Below are positions 19,817 through 29,266 of a stretch of DNA of 64,000 bases, in pieces; positions within the stretch are counted from its first letter, which is position 1, and every line of letters begins with the position of its first letter. Origin of the DNA: Candidatus Segatella caccae (GTDB lineage: Bacteria; Bacteroidota; Bacteroidia; Bacteroidales; Bacteroidaceae); NCBI GenBank assembly GCA_900556395.1, contig USOQ01000002.1, positions 219 to 64,218 of the forward strand. The letters are read 5' to 3'. A program made the translations under genes and the position numbers. The notes under the pieces are model-generated. The model was not told the DNA's origin, ran no database searches, and saw only the letters and a program-made list of their open reading frames with translations.

Positions 19817-20638
19817 ATGAAAGCAAAGAGTAATATATTGATTATTAGCGATATGTGTGGATATGGAAAGGTGTCGGCAGCTGTGCAGATGCCTATTCTT
19901 TCCTATATGGGGCATGATGTCTTCAATCTGCCCACCATGCTTATCAGCAATACCTTTCCCTATGGCAAATATGCGGTGATGGAAAGCACAGCATACATGG
20001 AGGATGCCATGCAGAAATGGGACGAATTGGGTATACATTTCGATGCTATAACAACAGGTTTTCTTGCTTCCGAAGAGCAGGCGAGAACAGTGGCGCATTA
20101 TTGTCGCGAACAGGCACAACAAGGGACAGAGATATTTGTAGACCCCGTGATGGGCGACTATGGTCGCCTGTATTCAGGAGCCAACGAAGGAACGGTGCGT
20201 TGTATGCAAGAGATGTTGGGTGTGGCTCATCTTAGTTTTCCCAACTATACTGAGGCTTGTCTTTTAGCCGGTGTGCCTTATCAAGAGCAGGGGATTACCA
20301 CAGATGAAGCCTATGCACTTGTAGATAAACTGCGACAACTTGGTTCGTTGTCGGTTCTTATTACAACCTGTATCGTCGACGGACAGCATGCGGTGGTGGG
20401 GTATAATCATTTCACCGACGAACATTTTCTGTTGCCTTACGACGAGATACCCGTACAGTTTCCTGGTACGGGTGACATCTTTTCCAGCATCATAGTTGGG
20501 CGATTGAGAGATGGTGACCAACTACGCCATGCCACTCGTACTGCCATGGATATACTGCGCCATTGGATAGATCTCAATAAGGATAATGAGGATAAGAATC
20601 GCGGTATTCCTGTAGAGCGACATCTTGCCGACCTATAG
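19817..20638 (+). CDS. pdxK: Pyridoxal/pyridoxamine kinase (PfkB family)
   Basis: DMCGYGKVS, VDPVMGDYG, PNYTEA, GTGDIF. Confidence 0.8.
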   Translation: MKAKSNILIISDMCGYGKVSAAVQMPILSYMGHDVFNLPTMLISNTFPYGKYAVMESTAYMEDAMQKWDELGIHFDAITTGFLASEEQARTVAHYCREQAQQGTEIFVDPVMGDYGRLYSGANEGTVRCMQEMLGVAHLSFPNYTEACLLAGVPYQEQGITTDEAYALVDKLRQLGSLSVLITTCIVDGQHAVVGYNHFTDEHFLLPYDEIPVQFPGTGDIFSSIIVGRLRDGDQLRHATRTAMDILRHWIDLNKDNEDKNRGIPVERHLADL

Positions 20639-20729
20639 ACATCTTATTTTTCTGTCATTGTGTCTTTGTTGGCAAGATTTTACGAAGTGTTGGCAAGATA
20701 TTTTATTTGAAGAAAAGACCCCCAAAAAA

Positions 20730-20809
20730 CGCAAGTACTTGCGATGGTCATCGAAAGTACTTTCAACAGCCAACGCAAGTACTTTCATTGGCACTTGAAA
20801 GTACTTTCA
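20730..20809. repeat. Four 14-bp palindromes at 22-bp period (core AAGTACTT)
   Basis: CGCAAGTACTTGCG 20730, CGAAAGTACTTTCA 20752, CGCAAGTACTTTCA 20774, TGAAAGTACTTTCA 20796. Confidence 0.9.
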
Positions 20810-20861
20810 TTTTTTTGAGGTATTTTTATGACTTCAAGCAAAGTGTGGTTTAACGATTTTA

Positions 20862-20963
20862 GTTGACCACTTTAAGTTTTATTTATAATATGAGTTGACT
20901 CGGTTGTTACTTATTTATAATTCACGTTGACTTACTTCATTTTTAGTCATATTTATTGTTGAC
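20862..20963 (+). repeat. GTTGAC x4 at exact 32-bp period
   Basis: GTTGAC at 20862, 20894, 20926, 20958. Confidence 0.8.
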
Positions 20964-21042
20964 TACTGATGTCTATAGCCACAAATAAAGTTACCCTTCA
21001 TATCTCAACAAAGAAACATTGTGGTGACACGATGACGAACTC

Positions 21043-21089
21043 AAGAAAAAAGCATCCTGCTGACAAATCGTCGGCAGGATGCTTTTCTT
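21043..21089 (-). terminator. Intrinsic terminator of pheS (likely bidirectional)
   Basis: AAAAGCATCCTGCTGAC-AAATC-GTCGGCAGGATGCTTTT. Confidence 0.85.
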
Positions 21090-21117
21090 AATGCTTATTT
21101 CTTAGAATTGCTTATTT

Positions 21118-22158
21118 CTATTTTGCTGATTCAAATTCACGTAAGAAGCGAGTATCGTTCTCTGAGAAGAGACGAAGGTCGCTGACGCGGTATTTCAAGT
21201 TGGTGATGCGCTCTACGCCCATACCGAAGGCATAGCCCGTGTAGACATTGCTATCGATGCCGCAAGCCTCGAGGTCGTGAGGGTCAACCATGCCACATCC
21301 CAAAATCTCAACCCATCCTGTGTGCTTACAGAAGTTACAACCCTTACCGCCACAGATGTTACAAGAAATGTCCATCTCTGCACTTGGCTCAGTGAAGGGG
21401 AAGTAACTTGGGCGCAAACGAATCTTTGTGTCAGCACCAAACATCTCGCGTGCAAAGGTAAGGAGTACCTGCTTGAGATCGGTGAAACTTACATTCTTAT
21501 CTACATACAGACCTTCCACCTGATGGAAGAAGCAGTGGGCACGAGCACTGATAGCCTCGTTGCGATATACACGTCCTGGGCAGAGTACACGGATAGGAGG
21601 CTCATGAGTCTCCATATAGTGAGCCTCGTCGCCAGAAGTATGACTACGCAAGACGATATTCTTGGTAACATCATTAGGATCGCTCTGCTCGATGAAGAAA
21701 GTGTCCTGCATGTCGCGAGCAGGATGGTCGGCAGCGAAGTTAAGCATTGTGAATACGTGCTTATCGTCGTCAACCTCAGGTCCATGATAGAGCGTGAAGC
21801 CCATACGTGAGAAAATATCTATGATCTGATTCTGTACGATGGTGAGTGGATGGCGTGTACCCAATGCCACAGGGTAGGCTGTACGTGTCAAGTCGATATC
21901 GTCACTTGAAGAATCAGCTTCTGCGAGTTGCTCTTTCAATCCATTAATCTTGTTTTGTGCAACTTGCTTCAACTCATTGATTTTTACGCCGATAGCCTTT
22001 TTCTGGTCGGCTGCCACCGTGCGAAAGTCGGCCATGAGTGCGTTGATTTCACCCTTCTTGCTTAAGTACTTGATGCGAAGCTGCTCTACCTCTTCTGCGT
22101 TCTGAGCTGTCAAGGCGCTAACTTCCTTCAAAAGTCCTTCTATTTTTTCTAATAACAT
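21118..22158 (-). CDS. pheS: Phenylalanine-tRNA ligase alpha subunit
   Basis: HPARDMQDTF, FHQVEG, RPSYFPFTEPSAE, GYAFGMGVER. Confidence 0.97.
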   Translation of the reverse strand: MLLEKIEGLLKEVSALTAQNAEEVEQLRIKYLSKKGEINALMADFRTVAADQKKAIGVKINELKQVAQNKINGLKEQLAEADSSSDDIDLTRTAYPVALGTRHPLTIVQNQIIDIFSRMGFTLYHGPEVDDDKHVFTMLNFAADHPARDMQDTFFIEQSDPNDVTKNIVLRSHTSGDEAHYMETHEPPIRVLCPGRVYRNEAISARAHCFFHQVEGLYVDKNVSFTDLKQVLLTFAREMFGADTKIRLRPSYFPFTEPSAEMDISCNICGGKGCNFCKHTGWVEILGCGMVDPHDLEACGIDSNVYTGYAFGMGVERITNLKYRVSDLRLFSENDTRFLREFESAK

Positions 22159-22278
22159 AATTCAAGCTTAATTAAGTCTAATTTGAGTGCAAAGATAACA
22201 TTTTTCGTTCAAAATATGAAATATCTCAAAAGAAATGTGTACTTTTGCATACAAAATTTGAGAATTATAGGTTGGTTT

Positions 22279-23136
22279 ATGAAAAAACTTTCTATTATTG
22301 CCGTCTTCATGGCGGTGCTGACCATCATTGGATTTTCTGCTACGGGGTGTGCTGATAAGAAGCCAGCAACGGTTTCCGATTCTGTTGTTGCCGACACGAC
22401 GCAGACTGATACGCAGGCGGTTGACTCGACAGAGGCTCTGATAGAGGAGACTCCGATGCCAAAGGCTGCAGATGAGTTGTTTGATGATTTTATCTTTAAC
22501 TTCGCAGCCAACCGTAAACTTCAGTTCAAGAGAGTGCATTTTCCTCTTCCCGTCTATCGCGGAGGCAAGGTTGTCAAGCGTATTGACAAGAAATACTGGC
22601 GCATGGAGCATTTCTTTATGCGACAGGATTATTATACGCTGATTTTTGACAATCAGCGCCAGATGAATCTTGTCAAGGACACTACGATCGATCATGTGGT
22701 GGTCGAAAAGGTTTTCTTTAAGACGAAAACAGTTCAGCAATTCCTTTTCAATCGTATCAACGGCCAGTGGATGATGACATCGATGAGCTACAAGCCCATG
22801 TATTCCAACCTGAATGCCAGCTTCTTGAAGTTCTATGGCTCTTTTGCAACAGACTCTGTCTTCCAGTCGGAGCATTTGCATAATCCTGTCAAGTTTGTAG
22901 GTCCAGACCCCGATGATGATTTCAGTACGATGACTGGCGACATCGAGCCTGAGACATGGCCAGCCTTTGCGCCCAAGTTGCCCAGTGGAATGATTTATAA
23001 TATCATTTATGGACAGAAGTATTCTGAAAGTACTCAGAAAATTTTTGTTATCAGAGGCATCGCCAACGGATTGGAGACAATGCTTACTTTCCGTCGTGTA
23101 GAGGGGAAATGGATGCTTATGAAACTGAATATGTAA
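22279..23136 (+). CDS. Lipoprotein, DUF4348-like
   Basis: Start MKKLSII, lipobox ATGC; ADELFDDFIFNF...QFKRVHFPLP. Confidence 0.7.
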   Translation: MKKLSIIAVFMAVLTIIGFSATGCADKKPATVSDSVVADTTQTDTQAVDSTEALIEETPMPKAADELFDDFIFNFAANRKLQFKRVHFPLPVYRGGKVVKRIDKKYWRMEHFFMRQDYYTLIFDNQRQMNLVKDTTIDHVVVEKVFFKTKTVQQFLFNRINGQWMMTSMSYKPMYSNLNASFLKFYGSFATDSVFQSEHLHNPVKFVGPDPDDDFSTMTGDIEPETWPAFAPKLPSGMIYNIIYGQKYSESTQKIFVIRGIANGLETMLTFRRVEGKWMLMKLNM

Positions 23137-23312
23137 GTAAAAGGAGTCTTTTCTCCTATTTTATATATAATAGGTGGACTATAATTATTTATTACACCTA
23201 TTTATATATATATCATGCGCTTATATAAAATTCAAGGTGAGGGATGGTTTATGGCATTGATAATAATTATATTTCCTCAATTCCCGTAATTCTTGAATAT
23301 AATATATACATG

Positions 23313-23459
23313 TAACTGAACTTCGCATATTAGGAAGTTAAGGATTTAAGACGTATGTCTTGCTGCTTAAAACTACGTCAAAAAGACTATTGTCTTAACT
23401 CCTCAACGACCATAGGGAGCGATAACTCCTTTAACTTCTGAACTTGCAAAACTTGAATA
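23313..23459 (+). repeat. Dispersed repeat family copy B
   Basis: AACTTCGCA...GGAAGTTAAGG...AACGACCATAGGGAGCGATAACTCCTTTAACTTCTGAACTTGCAAAACTTGAATA. Confidence 0.75.
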
Positions 23460-23501
23460 AAATATAGGAGAAAAAGTCTTCAACAAGACTCAGAGTAAAC
23501 A

Positions 23502-24518
23502 ATGAAAGATATACGTAATTACAGTCTGTTGGGGCACAACACTTTTGGCATTGATGCCCGTTGTCGCCGTTTTGTGGAGTACACCACAGTGGAGGAAGCC
23601 CGTGAAGTGGCAGTTTCTTTGAATGATGCAGATGAACCCTTGCTTTTGTTGGGTGGTGGCAGTAACCTGCTGCTAACCAAGGATTATCCAGGAACGGTGC
23701 TTCATTCTGCCATCCGAGGCATCACTATTGTAGCTGATGATGGTGATAAGGTGCTGCTGAAGTGTGGTAGTGGTGAAGTCTTCGACGACGTGGTGGCTTA
23801 TGCCGTAGAGCATGGCTTCCATGGTGCCGAGAATCTCTCGTTGATACCAGGCGAGGTGGGCGCCAGTGCCGTGCAGAATATTGGTGCCTATGGAGCAGAG
23901 GCCAAGGATATCATCAGTGAAGTGGAAGCGGTAGAGATAGCAACAGGTAATGTTGTGGTGCTATCGAATGCAGATTGTGGATATGGTTATCGTCAGAGTC
24001 GATTTAAGCAAGAATGGCACAACAAGTATCTCATAACCCATGTTGTCTATGCCCTTTCTCGCACCTTTGTCCCTGCACTCGAATATGGTAATATCCTCTC
24101 TTCGTTGGCGACTAAGGGAATCTCAAAACCCACAGCAACAGAGTTGCGCGAAGTAATCATAGAGATACGCAAGGCTAAGTTGCCCGACCCGGAAGAGCAG
24201 GGTAATGCAGGAAGTTTCTTTATGAATCCTATTGTAGGTAAGGCGAAATACGACGAGCTGGCAGTTCTTTATCCAGGTATGCCTCATTACACCATCGATG
24301 CAGCCCACGAAAAGATTCCAGCAGGCTGGATGATAGACCAGTGTGGTTGGAAGGGAAAGAGTCTGGGCCGTGCTGGAGTTCACGATAAACAAGCGTTGGT
24401 GCTGGTCAATCGTGGTGGTGCGACAGGAGCAGAGGTTGTAAAGCTTTGCCAAACAATCCAACAAGATGTGAAGAACCGATTTGGTATAGATATCTATCCT
24501 GAAGTAAATATATTCTGA
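23502..24518 (+). CDS. murB: UDP-N-acetylenolpyruvoylglucosamine reductase
   Basis: HNTFGI, LGGGSNLL, IPGEVGASAVQNIGAYG, GNAGSFFMNP. Confidence 0.96.
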   Translation: MKDIRNYSLLGHNTFGIDARCRRFVEYTTVEEAREVAVSLNDADEPLLLLGGGSNLLLTKDYPGTVLHSAIRGITIVADDGDKVLLKCGSGEVFDDVVAYAVEHGFHGAENLSLIPGEVGASAVQNIGAYGAEAKDIISEVEAVEIATGNVVVLSNADCGYGYRQSRFKQEWHNKYLITHVVYALSRTFVPALEYGNILSSLATKGISKPTATELREVIIEIRKAKLPDPEEQGNAGSFFMNPIVGKAKYDELAVLYPGMPHYTIDAAHEKIPAGWMIDQCGWKGKSLGRAGVHDKQALVLVNRGGATGAEVVKLCQTIQQDVKNRFGIDIYPEVNIF

Positions 24519-24536
24519 TAATACGCGAAGAAAGAT

Positions 24537-25310
24537 ATGTTGAAGGTAACACTATTGGGGACAGGCACTTCGGCAGGTGTCCCCACGTTGGGGTGTCACT
24601 GCGAGGTTTGTTGCAGTAGCAACCCTAAAGACAACAGGTTGCGCAGTGCAGCTATGATAGAGACAGCAACGACTCGCATCCTGATAGATGCCGGTCCCGA
24701 TATTCGTCAACAACTGCTCAGGGTGCCTTTCCGTAAAATAGATGGCGTGCTGATTACTCATAAACATTACGACCATGTGGGAGGAATTGATGATCTGCGT
24801 GGCTTTTGTGTTTATGGAGACATCGAAGTCTATGGCGATGCTGATGTGACGAGCTCGCTTCCTGTCACCATGCCTTATTGTTTCCCATCTTCATCTGAGA
24901 GCCTTTATCCTGGAGCTCCCAAGTTGCAGTTGCACACCATTCGTCCACACCTTATATATAAAATAGGTGACATAGAGTGGATGCCCATCCGAGTGATGCA
25001 TGACAAGATGCCTATTTTAGGTTACCGTTTCGGTAAGTTTGCTTACATTACAGATATGAAGACTATAGCAGATGAAGAATTGCATTATTTGCAAGGAGTA
25101 GAAATACTTGTCGTCAATGCCTTGAGATTTGACAAACCCCATCATAGCCATCAGTTGGTGGACGATGCAATACGTTTTTCCAAGAGAATAGGAGCCAAGA
25201 AAGCATATTTCACACACGTAACACATGATATAGGACTGCACGAAGTCGCCAATGAACGATTACCCGAAGGTTTTAGTTTTGGTTACGATGGATTGGTAAT
25301 AGAGGTGTAG
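24537..25310 (+). CDS. MBL-fold metallo-hydrolase (PhnP-like)
   Basis: LGTGTSAGVP..GC.C.VC, THKHYDHVGG. Confidence 0.88.
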   Translation: MLKVTLLGTGTSAGVPTLGCHCEVCCSSNPKDNRLRSAAMIETATTRILIDAGPDIRQQLLRVPFRKIDGVLITHKHYDHVGGIDDLRGFCVYGDIEVYGDADVTSSLPVTMPYCFPSSSESLYPGAPKLQLHTIRPHLIYKIGDIEWMPIRVMHDKMPILGYRFGKFAYITDMKTIADEELHYLQGVEILVVNALRFDKPHHSHQLVDDAIRFSKRIGAKKAYFTHVTHDIGLHEVANERLPEGFSFGYDGLVIEV

Positions 25311-25488
25311 GGAAGGAATAGTAAAAAATGCGAGAAAAGTGTTAAAAAAAGGCTGTTCCCGAACACATTAAAAACTTTAACCTTTGTTAGCAGTTTGTAA
25401 GTGACTGATTAATAGGTGTTTATAAAATAGTTACAAAAAGCCCCTAAAAAAAGTCACAAAAAAAAGAACAACGTATTGAAAAAATACT

Positions 25489-25496
25489 TACCTTTG
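25489..25496 (+). promoter_or_regulatory. -7 promoter element TACCTTTG for small lipoprotein
   Basis: TAnnTTTG consensus. Confidence 0.6.
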
Positions 25497-25548
25497 CATC
25501 GTTTTAATAAACAAATGATTGTTTTACAGATTTAAAAAGCAAAGAAAA

Positions 25549-25716
25549 ATGAAGAAATTAGTTTTGATGTTCGTAGCTGTTGCAGCTATCTCTTTCGCAT
25601 CTTGCGGTGGTAACACAAAGTCAAATGCAGATTCTGCAGATTCAGTAGACACAACTGCTGTTGATACAGTTGACACTGCTACTGTTGATACAGCTACTGT
25701 TGACTCAGTAAAGTAA
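25549..25716 (+). CDS. Small lipoprotein (55 aa) with D(S/T)x repeats
   Basis: MKKLVLMFVAVAAISFASC lipobox; own promoter and downstream hairpin (25754-25782). Confidence 0.85.
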   Translation: MKKLVLMFVAVAAISFASCGGNTKSNADSADSVDTTAVDTVDTATVDTATVDSVK

Positions 25717-25805
25717 TTTAGAATTACTTACGAACGAAAAATGAGAGAAACACCGCTGGACCTTTGGTCTGGCGGCTTTTTCGTTTATATACACCAAACT
25801 TTTTT

Positions 25806-27173
25806 ATGATAGACACAAGCGCATTCCAAGGCAAAAAGGCTGCTTATTATACATTAGGCTGTAAGCTTAACTTTTCGGAAACTTCTACTTTTGGTAAATT
25901 GCTCGAAGATATGGGTGTAATAACAGCCCAGAAAGGAGAGCAAGCAGATATCTGTTTGATTAATACGTGTTCGGTAACCGAAGTTGCCGATCATAAGTGC
26001 CGTCAGGCTATTCATCGCATGGTGCGCCATAATCCTGGTGCTTTCGTTATCGTGACAGGCTGCTATGCGCAGCTGGAGTCGGAGAATGTGAGTAAGATAG
26101 AGGGTGTGGACCTGGTGTTGGGAGCCAATGAGAAGGCGCATCTGATACAGTATCTCAGTGACGCTTGGGCACATAAATATGCACAGGAGACCAAGGCTGC
26201 TGAAGGTGGTGGAGATGCGTTGCACGAGCATCATAGTGTCAAGACGAAGGATATAAAAAGTTTTCAGCCTTCTTGCTCACGAGGCAACCGCACGCGTTAC
26301 TTCCTAAAGGTGCAGGATGGGTGTAATTATTATTGCACTTATTGTACCATTCCCTTTGCGCGTGGCAACTCGCGCAATCCAAGCATAGAATCGCTTGTAG
26401 ATCAAGCCCGTGAGGCTGCCAACGAAGGCGGAAAGGAAATCGTCATCACGGGTGTCAATATTGGTGACTTCGGGCAGACTACCCATGAGCGATTCCTTGA
26501 TTTGGTAAAGGCGCTCGACCAGGTGGATGGAATTCAGCGATATCGAATATCCAGTTTGGAGCCCGACCTGTGTGATGACGACTTGATAAATTATTGCGCA
26601 GAGAGTCGTGCCTTCATGCCCCATTTTCATATACCGCTGCAGAGTGGTAGCGACGAGGTGCTTAAACTGATGCATCGTCGTTATGACAAAGCACTCTTTG
26701 CCCATAAGGTAAACCTCATCAAAGAGAAGATGCCTGATGCCTTTATTGGTGTCGATGTGATGGTGGGGTGTCGTGGTGAAACACCCGAATGTTTTGAGGA
26801 GTGTTACGAGTTCTTGAAGAGTCTGCCTGTCACGCAACTTCATGTGTTCCCTTATTCGGAACGTCCAGGTACGGCAGCTCTCCGTATTCCCTATGTAGTA
26901 AGCGATCGCGACAAGAAGCTACGCTCTAAGCGTCTGCTCGAACTGAGCGATGAGAAAACCCAAGCATTCTATGCTCAGTATATAGGAACAGAAGCCGAGG
27001 TGCTCTTTGAGAAGGCACCGCGTGGCAAGGCTATGCATGGTTTTACCAAGAACTATGTGCGGGTGGAACTTTCGTCCGCGTTGGCAAAAGAAGAATACGA
27101 TAATCAACTTATCAGGGTGCGTCTGTGTGATTTCAATCACGACAAAACAGCCCTCAAAGCAGAGATTCTGTAA
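25806..27173 (+). CDS. mtaB: tRNA t6A37 methylthiotransferase
   Basis: TLGCKLNFSE, INTCSVT, LKVQDGCNYYCTYCTIP, HIPLQSG. Confidence 0.92.
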   Translation: MIDTSAFQGKKAAYYTLGCKLNFSETSTFGKLLEDMGVITAQKGEQADICLINTCSVTEVADHKCRQAIHRMVRHNPGAFVIVTGCYAQLESENVSKIEGVDLVLGANEKAHLIQYLSDAWAHKYAQETKAAEGGGDALHEHHSVKTKDIKSFQPSCSRGNRTRYFLKVQDGCNYYCTYCTIPFARGNSRNPSIESLVDQAREAANEGGKEIVITGVNIGDFGQTTHERFLDLVKALDQVDGIQRYRISSLEPDLCDDDLINYCAESRAFMPHFHIPLQSGSDEVLKLMHRRYDKALFAHKVNLIKEKMPDAFIGVDVMVGCRGETPECFEECYEFLKSLPVTQLHVFPYSERPGTAALRIPYVVSDRDKKLRSKRLLELSDEKTQAFYAQYIGTEAEVLFEKAPRGKAMHGFTKNYVRVELSSALAKEEYDNQLIRVRLCDFNHDKTALKAEIL

Positions 27174-27176
27174 GGA

Positions 27177-28076
27177 ATGAATTATTACAACGACTTTGGT
27201 ACGTGGATACGTAAGCAGTTTCCATTTCGAGTGCAAAAGATATCCATCGACGCAGGATTCTCCTGTCCCAATAGGGATGGGAAGATATCCAGCGGTGGTT
27301 GTACCTATTGTGACAACCGAACCTTTAACCCGAGTTATTGTGATCGCAAGAAGACCATTACAGAGCAGCTGGAAGAGGGAAAACGCTTCTTTGCCAAGAA
27401 ATATCCAGACATGAAGTTTTTGGCTTATTTTCAGGCATATACCAACACCTATGCAGAAGTAGAAGCCTTGCAGAGTATGTACGAGGAGGCTTTGCGTGTG
27501 GAGGATGTTGTGGGTATAGTCATCGGCACGCGTCCTGACTGTGTAAGCGACGAGTTGCTTGATTATTTGGAAGAACTGAATAAGCGTACCTTTGTCTTGG
27601 TGGAGTATGGTATAGAGACTGCCAATGATGCTACTCTGCGACGTATCAACCGCGGTCATGACTTTGCTTGTAGCAGGAGGGCTGTAGAGCAGACTCATGC
27701 ACGAGGCATTCTTACAGGTGGACATATCATCATCGGACTCCCAGGCGAAGATGCCGAAGAGAGTCTACGACAAGCTCCTATCATTTCTTCGTTGCCCCTT
27801 GACATTTTGAAGATTCATCAAATGCAGATTATCAAGGGCACCAAGTTGGCTCAGCAGTATGCAGAGCAGCCTTTTCATGTCTATACGGTGGAGGAATATA
27901 TCGATGTTATTGTGAGGTATATTTCGCTTCTTCGCAAGGACATGGTATTGGAGCGTTTTGTAAGTCAGTCGCCTGCTCATCTGCTTATTGCACCCAAATG
28001 GGGACTGAAGAATTATGAGTTTACCAACTTGCTCAACAACAGGTTGAAGCAGGAAAACGGCATAATATCATTATAA
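27177..28076 (+). CDS. TIGR01212/YhcC-family radical SAM protein
   Basis: AGFSCPNRDG...GGCTYC, YFQAYTNTY, GTRPDC. Confidence 0.9.
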   Translation: MNYYNDFGTWIRKQFPFRVQKISIDAGFSCPNRDGKISSGGCTYCDNRTFNPSYCDRKKTITEQLEEGKRFFAKKYPDMKFLAYFQAYTNTYAEVEALQSMYEEALRVEDVVGIVIGTRPDCVSDELLDYLEELNKRTFVLVEYGIETANDATLRRINRGHDFACSRRAVEQTHARGILTGGHIIIGLPGEDAEESLRQAPIISSLPLDILKIHQMQIIKGTKLAQQYAEQPFHVYTVEEYIDVIVRYISLLRKDMVLERFVSQSPAHLLIAPKWGLKNYEFTNLLNNRLKQENGIISL

Positions 28077-28140
28077 AAACTTAATTCTTTGGCACAGATA
28101 TCCTGTTTGTGCCTGATAATTTGTATATTTGCTCATTGAT

Positions 28141-29157
28141 ATGGCAAAGGTAGCAATCGTAATATTGAATTGGAACGGACAGAAGATGTTGGCAAAATAT
28201 CTTTCTGGCGTTGTGGAGTATTCTCGACAGGATGCAGAGGTGTGGGTGGCAGACAATAGTTCTACCGACGGCTCTATGCATCTGCTCGAAACACAGTATC
28301 CACAAGTGAAAACTATAGTCCTGGAGCAGAATTTTGGCTTTGCAGAAGGATATAATCGAGCATTGAAACAGATAGAGGCAGAATATTATGTGCTTCTCAA
28401 TAGTGATGTGGAGGTAACGCATCACTGGCTTACACCGCTCATCGAGTTTATGGATAGTCATCCGCAAGTGGCAGCTTGTCAGCCTAAACTGTTGGCGGAA
28501 TACGACCGAGATAGTTTTGAATATGCTGGTGCTTGTGGTGGATTCTTAGATCGGTATGGTTATCCATACTGTAGAGGTCGTATCTTTGAAACCGTGGAGT
28601 GCGACAATGGACAGTATGATTATCAACAGGAAGTGTTGTGGGCTACGGGTGCGTGCATGATGATTCGTGCCAAAGACTATTGGGACTCTGGCGCACTCGA
28701 TGGTCGCTTCTTTGCTCACAATGAAGAGATAGACCTCTGTTGGCGTTTGCGCCTAATGGGGCGCAAGATATACTGCATACCAGAGAGTGAAGTGTATCAT
28801 GTGGGAGGTGGAACGCTTCCCAAGAGCAATCCTATGAAGACTTACCTGAATTTTAGAAATAATCTTACCATGCTTTACAAGAATCTGAACGACAGTGAGT
28901 TAAAGCATGTGATGAGGGTAAGGTGGTTCTTAGACTATCTGGCAGCCTTTGAGATGCTGATTCTGAAACGTAATTGGGGTGATTTTAAGGCCATCTTCCG
29001 TGCGCGAAAGGCATTCAAGGCATGGCGACAGGAATTTGCGGAGGACCGACAGAAGATTCAGGCTCAAAGAGTGGAAGGTGTTATTCCGCAAATCTATAAT
29101 GGCTCTATCTTGTGGCAGTATTATGCCAAGGGGAGGAAAGTCTTCTCTAAGTTGTAA
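28141..29157 (+). CDS. Glycosyltransferase family 2
   Basis: VILNWNG, DNSSTDGS, NFGFAEGYN, LLNSD, EEIDLCWR. Confidence 0.9.
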   Translation: MAKVAIVILNWNGQKMLAKYLSGVVEYSRQDAEVWVADNSSTDGSMHLLETQYPQVKTIVLEQNFGFAEGYNRALKQIEAEYYVLLNSDVEVTHHWLTPLIEFMDSHPQVAACQPKLLAEYDRDSFEYAGACGGFLDRYGYPYCRGRIFETVECDNGQYDYQQEVLWATGACMMIRAKDYWDSGALDGRFFAHNEEIDLCWRLRLMGRKIYCIPESEVYHVGGGTLPKSNPMKTYLNFRNNLTMLYKNLNDSELKHVMRVRWFLDYLAAFEMLILKRNWGDFKAIFRARKAFKAWRQEFAEDRQKIQAQRVEGVIPQIYNGSILWQYYAKGRKVFSKL

Positions 29158-29266
29158 TAACTAAGGGATATAGTAGGTTGGTAAGAGAGAACCTACGTTA
29201 TCGGCATCTTCACTTGCCTTTGTACAGTAAAAAAAAAGTATAACAAACTACAAAATAAAATCTAAG

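Noticed and set aside
20730..20963. Possible CRISPR array
   Set aside because: Repeats of 14 or 6 bp with 8- or 26-bp spacers are too short, and no cas genes are present.
21118..22158. pheS without adjacent pheT
   Set aside because: Normal arrangement in Bacteroidota.
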